A DNA stretch of 64,000 nucleotides, taken from an uncultured Desulfatitalea sp. GTDB lineage: Bacteria > Desulfobacterota > Desulfobacteria > Desulfobacterales > Desulfosarcinaceae. The notes under the pieces are model-generated. The model worked only from the letters and a program-made list of their open reading frames with translations. It had not been told where the DNA came from and searched no databases. Position numbers and translations under genes: made by a program. This document shows positions 59,600 through 64,000 of this stretch, one piece after another (the stretch's first letter is position 1; each line of letters begins with the position of its first letter). The DNA lies in NCBI GenBank assembly GCA_963668675.2, contig CAXXMB010000002.1:2656001-2720000 (forward strand), given 5' to 3'.

Positions 59600-60195
59600 G
59601 CGTCGACTCGGCCATGAGGTTTCTCCAGCAGGCGGCACATCTGGCGAACCACTTTGGGCTGCCCGGCGATAGAGAAGCCAGCAGTTTCGGCCTTCATCAC
59701 CTCATCTTCAAACTGACCGGCTTTCAAATGGGCACATGGCTCCATCAGAAGCATCCGGCCGCCGGGCTTGAGCAGGCCGAACACCTCCGAGAGCAGGGCT
59801 GCCGGGTCGGGCGTTTCGTGCAGGGAGTTGCAGGCCAGGGCGAAGTCCAGATCGAGCGCTTCACCGATGCCCCGCCCGTCACAGAGAAGGGGACGGATGA
59901 TCTCGTCCAGCCCCGCTTTGCAGGCCCTGGACATGGTCTTGTCGAGCATCTTTTGCTGTACATCGGCGGCCACCACCTCGCCAGACGGACCGGTCAAGCG
60001 GGCCATGCCCAGGCTGTAGTGGCCGAAGCCGCATCCGAAATCCAGAACCGTCATGCCTTGGGTGACGTAAGGCCCTAAAATTTTATCGGCCGGGTGGACC
60101 ATGCGGCGAAAAGGATTGTCAAAAAAGTAGGCCAGCCACCAGGGGCAGATGTGTTGCCCACCCGCTTTAGTGGCTGGTGTGGTGTGTATGTTCAT
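59596..60195 (-). CDS. Class I SAM-dependent methyltransferase
   Basis: HICPWW, VLDFGCGFG, LKPGG; AGGAGG RBS. Confidence 0.9.
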   Translation of the reverse strand: MNIHTTPATKAGGQHICPWWLAYFFDNPFRRMVHPADKILGPYVTQGMTVLDFGCGFGHYSLGMARLTGPSGEVVAADVQQKMLDKTMSRACKAGLDEIIRPLLCDGRGIGEALDLDFALACNSLHETPDPAALLSEVFGLLKPGGRMLLMEPCAHLKAGQFEDEVMKAETAGFSIAGQPKVVRQMCRLLEKPHGRVDA

Positions 60196-60221
60196 GTTTC
60201 CTCCTGATAGGGTTCGATGGT

Positions 60222-60274
60222 AAACATGAACTAAGGTTCATGTTTTGTCAAGACAAAAATGAACTTTAGTTCAT
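60222..60274. promoter_or_regulatory. Twin palindromic operators (ATGAAC-N4-GTTCAT) flanking a minus-strand TTGACA
   Basis: AAACATGAAC-TAAG-GTTCATGTTT (60222-60245) and ATGAAC-TTTA-GTTCAT (60259-60274); TTGACA at 60251-60246. Confidence 0.82.
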
Positions 60275-60305
60275 GTTAGTGATTTGTCCTATTGGCAGGC
60301 TGATG

Positions 60306-60346
60306 AAAAAACACCTCGCCTCCAAATATTTTCGGGAAACGAGGTG
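60306..60346 (-). terminator. Intrinsic terminator of the feo-lbtU operon
   Basis: Minus strand CACCTCGTTTCC...GGAGGCGAGGTG-TTTTTT. Confidence 0.7.
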
Positions 60347-60424
60347 CATGGAACCGCCATTGGGTGGCCGCTAAGGCAACAGGGGCGCCTTTTTGGGAAC
60401 AGAGAAGAGGTATGGGGTGCAGGG

Positions 60425-61558
60425 TTAAAACTCGACAGCCAACTGGGCCGTGATCGTATCGACTTCATTGCCGTCATTCTCATATTCGTCGTGCATGTAC
60501 TCCAGGGCCAGGTTGGTGTTGTCGAAAAAGCCCCAGTTGACCACGCCGCCATACTGGGTTTCGGGCAAGAACTCTCCTCCGTCGTCCGAGCCACCGTAGC
60601 GCACGGCCAGTTCCAGGGCGTCGATCACCATGGCCCCGAACTCCACGTTCCAGGCCGACGGCTCGCGCGCCAGCGTTTCGGTGTTGTCGTAGATCTCACC
60701 GGCCACAAATTCGTCCAAAGCCGCCGTGTACTCTCCGATCAGCCGGAAGCGGTCGAGAAACTCGAAGGTGACGAAGGCGCTCCAACCGGCGACCATCTCC
60801 TCGACGGGATCCACTTCGCCGTCACTATCTCTGTCGGTAACCGTCTCGGAAAAGCTGTCTGATGAGGTCAGGTCCGAGATGTAGGAGACACCCAGCGTCA
60901 ACCCCTCCAGCGGTTGGGCCGACACACTGGCCACATAGCCGTCGATCATGTCGTCGTCGCCCGCCTCGCCGATCTTGCTGTTGAACGCGCCCACGGCAAT
61001 GTCCACCAGGTCGCCGCCGATGCGGTAGCCGAGCACCAGCGCACCCTCGTTGGTCTCGCCCAGCACCAGCGTGTTGGGATCGGTGACGAAGTGGCTGTCG
61101 TAGTTGCCAAACGGCACATACTGGCGCCCGGCGATCAGATAGGCGGGAAATGCCTCGCTGCCGGTCAGGGTGATAAAGCCCTCGTCCACGAACACGTCAT
61201 CGTCTTCGTACTTGAACAGCACGTGGCCGTCCACGTGATCGATGATCCTGGCATCGATGGCCAGCTCGACGGTGGCCAGGTCTACATTACTGCTATCCTC
61301 ATCGTCGGTGGCCGGGTCGTTGTCGTCGACCGTCTGGTAGTTGGCTTCCACTTCGATCACGCCGCTGATCTGGATGCGGTCGAACCAGCTGGGGCCGGCT
61401 ACATCCCGGCCGATGGCATCTTCGAGTTGCGCCACGCGATCTTCAAGGCTCTTGACGCCGCCCGCCTTTGTTTCGGCTGCTGCAGCCTCTACCACCACGA
61501 AAGGTGTCATCAGTCCGATTACTGCCAAACATACCATTGATAGAATCATTTTTTTCAT
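60425..61558 (-). CDS. LbtU/FslE-family outer-membrane porin
   Basis: Signal peptide, short coiled coil, ISGVIEVEA, AGRQYVPFG, C-terminal QLAVEF; AGGAGG RBS. Confidence 0.82.
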   Translation of the reverse strand: MKKMILSMVCLAVIGLMTPFVVVEAAAAETKAGGVKSLEDRVAQLEDAIGRDVAGPSWFDRIQISGVIEVEANYQTVDDNDPATDDEDSSNVDLATVELAIDARIIDHVDGHVLFKYEDDDVFVDEGFITLTGSEAFPAYLIAGRQYVPFGNYDSHFVTDPNTLVLGETNEGALVLGYRIGGDLVDIAVGAFNSKIGEAGDDDMIDGYVASVSAQPLEGLTLGVSYISDLTSSDSFSETVTDRDSDGEVDPVEEMVAGWSAFVTFEFLDRFRLIGEYTAALDEFVAGEIYDNTETLAREPSAWNVEFGAMVIDALELAVRYGGSDDGGEFLPETQYGGVVNWGFFDNTNLALEYMHDEYENDGNEVDTITAQLAVEF

Positions 61559-61621
61559 CTGTAGAAACCTCCTGAAGAATATTTTGTATTTACACATATT
61601 ACTTTCTTTGGGCCAATCTCG

Positions 61622-61846
61622 CTAAATACACCATTCATATATCTCCAACCCATCGCTGCAACTGCACATGGGGCAATTGCCACTGCAGCCGTTCGCCGTA
61701 TTAAACTTGACCACTTTGCCTTTGTGGATCCACTGCTGGAGCATGCCCCGCATGGCTTCCGGCTCGGTGCCGAAATGAATGGCAAGCTCGCTCAGGGTGA
61801 CTCGCTGGTGTATGCGAAGGTAGTGTTTGATTTCAGAAAGCATCAT
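61622..61846 (-). CDS. feoC: FeoC-like winged-helix protein
   Basis: LSEIKHYL..MLQQWIHKGKV..CSGNCPMCSC..YEW, downstream of feoB. Confidence 0.88.
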   Translation of the reverse strand: MMLSEIKHYLRIHQRVTLSELAIHFGTEPEAMRGMLQQWIHKGKVVKFNTANGCSGNCPMCSCSDGLEIYEWCI

Positions 61847-61926
61847 TGTCGCTCCTTGGCTTGAAATGGTTTCCATTTGTCTATCGAAGTGTTGGGGAAC
61901 TGACGCCCCCAACGCGTTTCACAATT

Positions 61927-64000
61927 TTATGCTTTCACGCCTTGAGGTATGCCGTGCCCCAATCTCTCCTCCATATTTCCGATCTGTCGCATGACCCAGA
62001 TTGCAATCAGAAAGTGTGCGAATAAAACCGCGACCCATATCGATGAAGTAATGGGATGACGGCCGATGGTGGCGATCTGATAAAAGAGCACCGATGCCAT
62101 GTAGGCCAGTCCCGTGGTCCAGGCTCCCACGAAAACTGTCCATTTAAGATCGGTTTCACGGTAGACAGCGGCGATGGCGGCCACACATGGGAAGTAGAGC
62201 AGAATGAAAAGCAGATAGGCGAAGGCGCCGATTTTACCGTCAAAAAGTTGTGTCATGGCGCCGAAGGTGCCAACGGATACCTCCTGTGCTTCAGCTGCGG
62301 ACTCTATCGTGCTTACATCCCCCACAGAGAGTCCCAGAGGGTCGATCACGGTATCGGCAACCCCGACCAGGTTTTCGGGTATGGTCGCAAAGGAGGCTTG
62401 GATGCCCCCCCAGAAGTCGAAGGCTGACACCTCTTCAGGTGATGCTTCGCGCGAAGCGCCGATTTGCGTGTACATGGCATCCAGGGTGCCGACCACCGCC
62501 TCCTTTGCGAAGATACCGGTGAAAATGCCCACCGTGGCCGGCCAGTTCTCCCGGGTAATGCCCATTGGCGTAAACACAGGCGTAATAGCCTTGCCGATAG
62601 TGCTCAGCACGGAAGCGTCGCTATCTTCATTCCCGAACGTACCGTCTGTTCCCATCGAATTGAGAAAGCTGAGGATGACCACGACCGGAATGATCACTTT
62701 GCCCGCTTTTAAGATAAAGGCCTTGAGCCGGTCCCAGGCCCGCAGAAGCACCCCCTTGACCGTAGGCAGGTGATAGGGCGGCAGCTCCATCACGAACGGG
62801 GTGATGTCGCCTTTGAGCAGGGTGTTCTTCAAAATCAGGCCGGTGACAACGGCAAATCCGATGCCCAGCAGGTAGAGGCCGAAGACGAGGTTTTGTCCGC
62901 CGACAGGGAAAAATGCGGCGGCGAAAAGGGCATAGACCGGCAAGCGCGCCCCGCACGACATGAACGGGTTCATCATGATCGTCAGGGTGCGGTCGCGCTG
63001 GTTCTCCAGGGTGCGCGTGGCCATGACGGCAGGTACATTGCAGCCGAATCCGACCAACATCGGGACGAAGGCCTTGCCTGGCAGTCCGATGATGCGCATG
63101 AAGCGATCCATGACAAACGCGGCCCGCGACATGTAACCGGAGTCTTCCAGCAAGCAGAGACAGAGGAACATGAAACCAATCGGCGGAATAAAGGTGGCGA
63201 TGGTTTGGATACCGCCGCCGAGGCCCCCGGCGACAACGGCGATCAGCCACTCGGGCGACCCTATTGCGGAGAGGAACTCGCCCACGCCGTCCACGAAAAT
63301 GGTGCCGGCGAAGATGTCGAAAAAATCGATGAAGGCACCGCCGAGGTTGATGGTCACCATGAACATCAGGTACATGGTCGCCAGGAAGATGGGAATGCCC
63401 AGGCCCCTGTTGAGAACAACACGGTCTATGCGGTCAGAAAGGGTCCTGCTGGCACGGTTGGTCTTATTAACCACCCCCTCGGTTAGCCATCCGATCAGGC
63501 TGTAGCGGCTGTCGGCCAGCAGGATATCGGCCTCTTCGTCGAGCGCCGCTTCAATATGCTTCAGGTGGGTATCGCGCCTTTTCAGTATATCCGGGCCGAC
63601 CAAGCCACCGATCGTCTCATCACCCTCAAGCAGTTTGACGGCGGCATAGTCGGGATGCATTTTTTTATACAGCAATGCGTCCCGCACCAGCGGCACCAAC
63701 GCGTCAACTGCTTCCTGAATCTCTACAGGATAGACCACTTCAAGCGGCGAGACGGTCTTGCTGTCAGCGCTGCGATTGATCTGGGCACGCAGTTCGTTTA
63801 CTCCCTTTCCCCGGGAGGCTGTCAGGGGGACGATGGGACAGCCCAGGCGGCGACCTATCTCCGCCAAATCAATATCGATGTGCCGATCCCTGGCCACATC
63901 CATCATGTTCAGGGCGACCACCATCGGAACGCGCATTTCCAGGAGCTGGACCGTAAGGTAAAGGTTCCTTTCGATGTTGGAGGCATCCACGATATTGACA
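61927..64000 (-). CDS. feoB: Ferrous iron transporter B (5' end outside the window)
   Basis: DASNIERNLYL, LNMMD, LEDSGY, GFGCNVPA, MSCGARLP, AKEAVVG, LYFPC. Confidence 0.96.
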   Translation of the reverse strand, partial: VNIVDASNIERNLYLTVQLLEMRVPMVVALNMMDVARDRHIDIDLAEIGRRLGCPIVPLTASRGKGVNELRAQINRSADSKTVSPLEVVYPVEIQEAVDALVPLVRDALLYKKMHPDYAAVKLLEGDETIGGLVGPDILKRRDTHLKHIEAALDEEADILLADSRYSLIGWLTEGVVNKTNRASRTLSDRIDRVVLNRGLGIPIFLATMYLMFMVTINLGGAFIDFFDIFAGTIFVDGVGEFLSAIGSPEWLIAVVAGGLGGGIQTIATFIPPIGFMFLCLCLLEDSGYMSRAAFVMDRFMRIIGLPGKAFVPMLVGFGCNVPAVMATRTLENQRDRTLTIMMNPFMSCGARLPVYALFAAAFFPVGGQNLVFGLYLLGIGFAVVTGLILKNTLLKGDITPFVMELPPYHLPTVKGVLLRAWDRLKAFILKAGKVIIPVVVILSFLNSMGTDGTFGNEDSDASVLSTIGKAITPVFTPMGITRENWPATVGIFTGIFAKEAVVGTLDAMYTQIGASREASPEEVSAFDFWGGIQASFATIPENLVGVADTVIDPLGLSVGDVSTIESAAEAQEVSVGTFGAMTQLFDGKIGAFAYLLFILLYFPCVAAIAAVYRETDLKWTVFVGAWTTGLAYMASVLFYQIATIGRHPITSSIWVAVLFAHFLIAIWVMRQIGNMEERLGHGIPQGVKA

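Overview
A gene-dense chromosomal window from an anaerobic sulfate-reducing deltaproteobacterium. Gene content resembles Desulfobacterales such as Desulfosarcina or Desulfatitalea; this is an inference from gene content only. In order it holds: an enoyl-CoA hydratase; a Na+-pumping biotin decarboxylase operon (oadGAB); KefC-like, META, arylsulfatase and PafA-type phosphatase genes; a B12-binding radical SAM gene divergent from a two-component pair, a radical SAM and a GT4; a domain-swapped ADP-forming acyl-CoA ligase; a decayed integron-cassette-like remnant; and an oxazolone-synthetase-like pair (N-acyltransferase plus ThiF-nitroreductase) followed by a PilZ gene. The acyltransferase of that pair is fused to a cNMP-binding/Crp-HTH module and is the most novel-looking system here. 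After it come msrAB, an unannotated 48-aa six-cysteine peptide, and a ~20 kb respiratory supercluster joining hmcABCDEF and tmcDCBA with Rrf2, Usp and five two-component proteins. The window ends with a GT2-GT4 fusion, zur-znuBCA, a TetR/methyltransferase pair with clear operators, and feoB-feoC-lbtU (feoB cut by the window edge). Three families of palindromic intergenic repeats are present. No rRNA, tRNA, CRISPR array or intact transposase was recognised. All calls come from reading motifs by eye; no searches were run.
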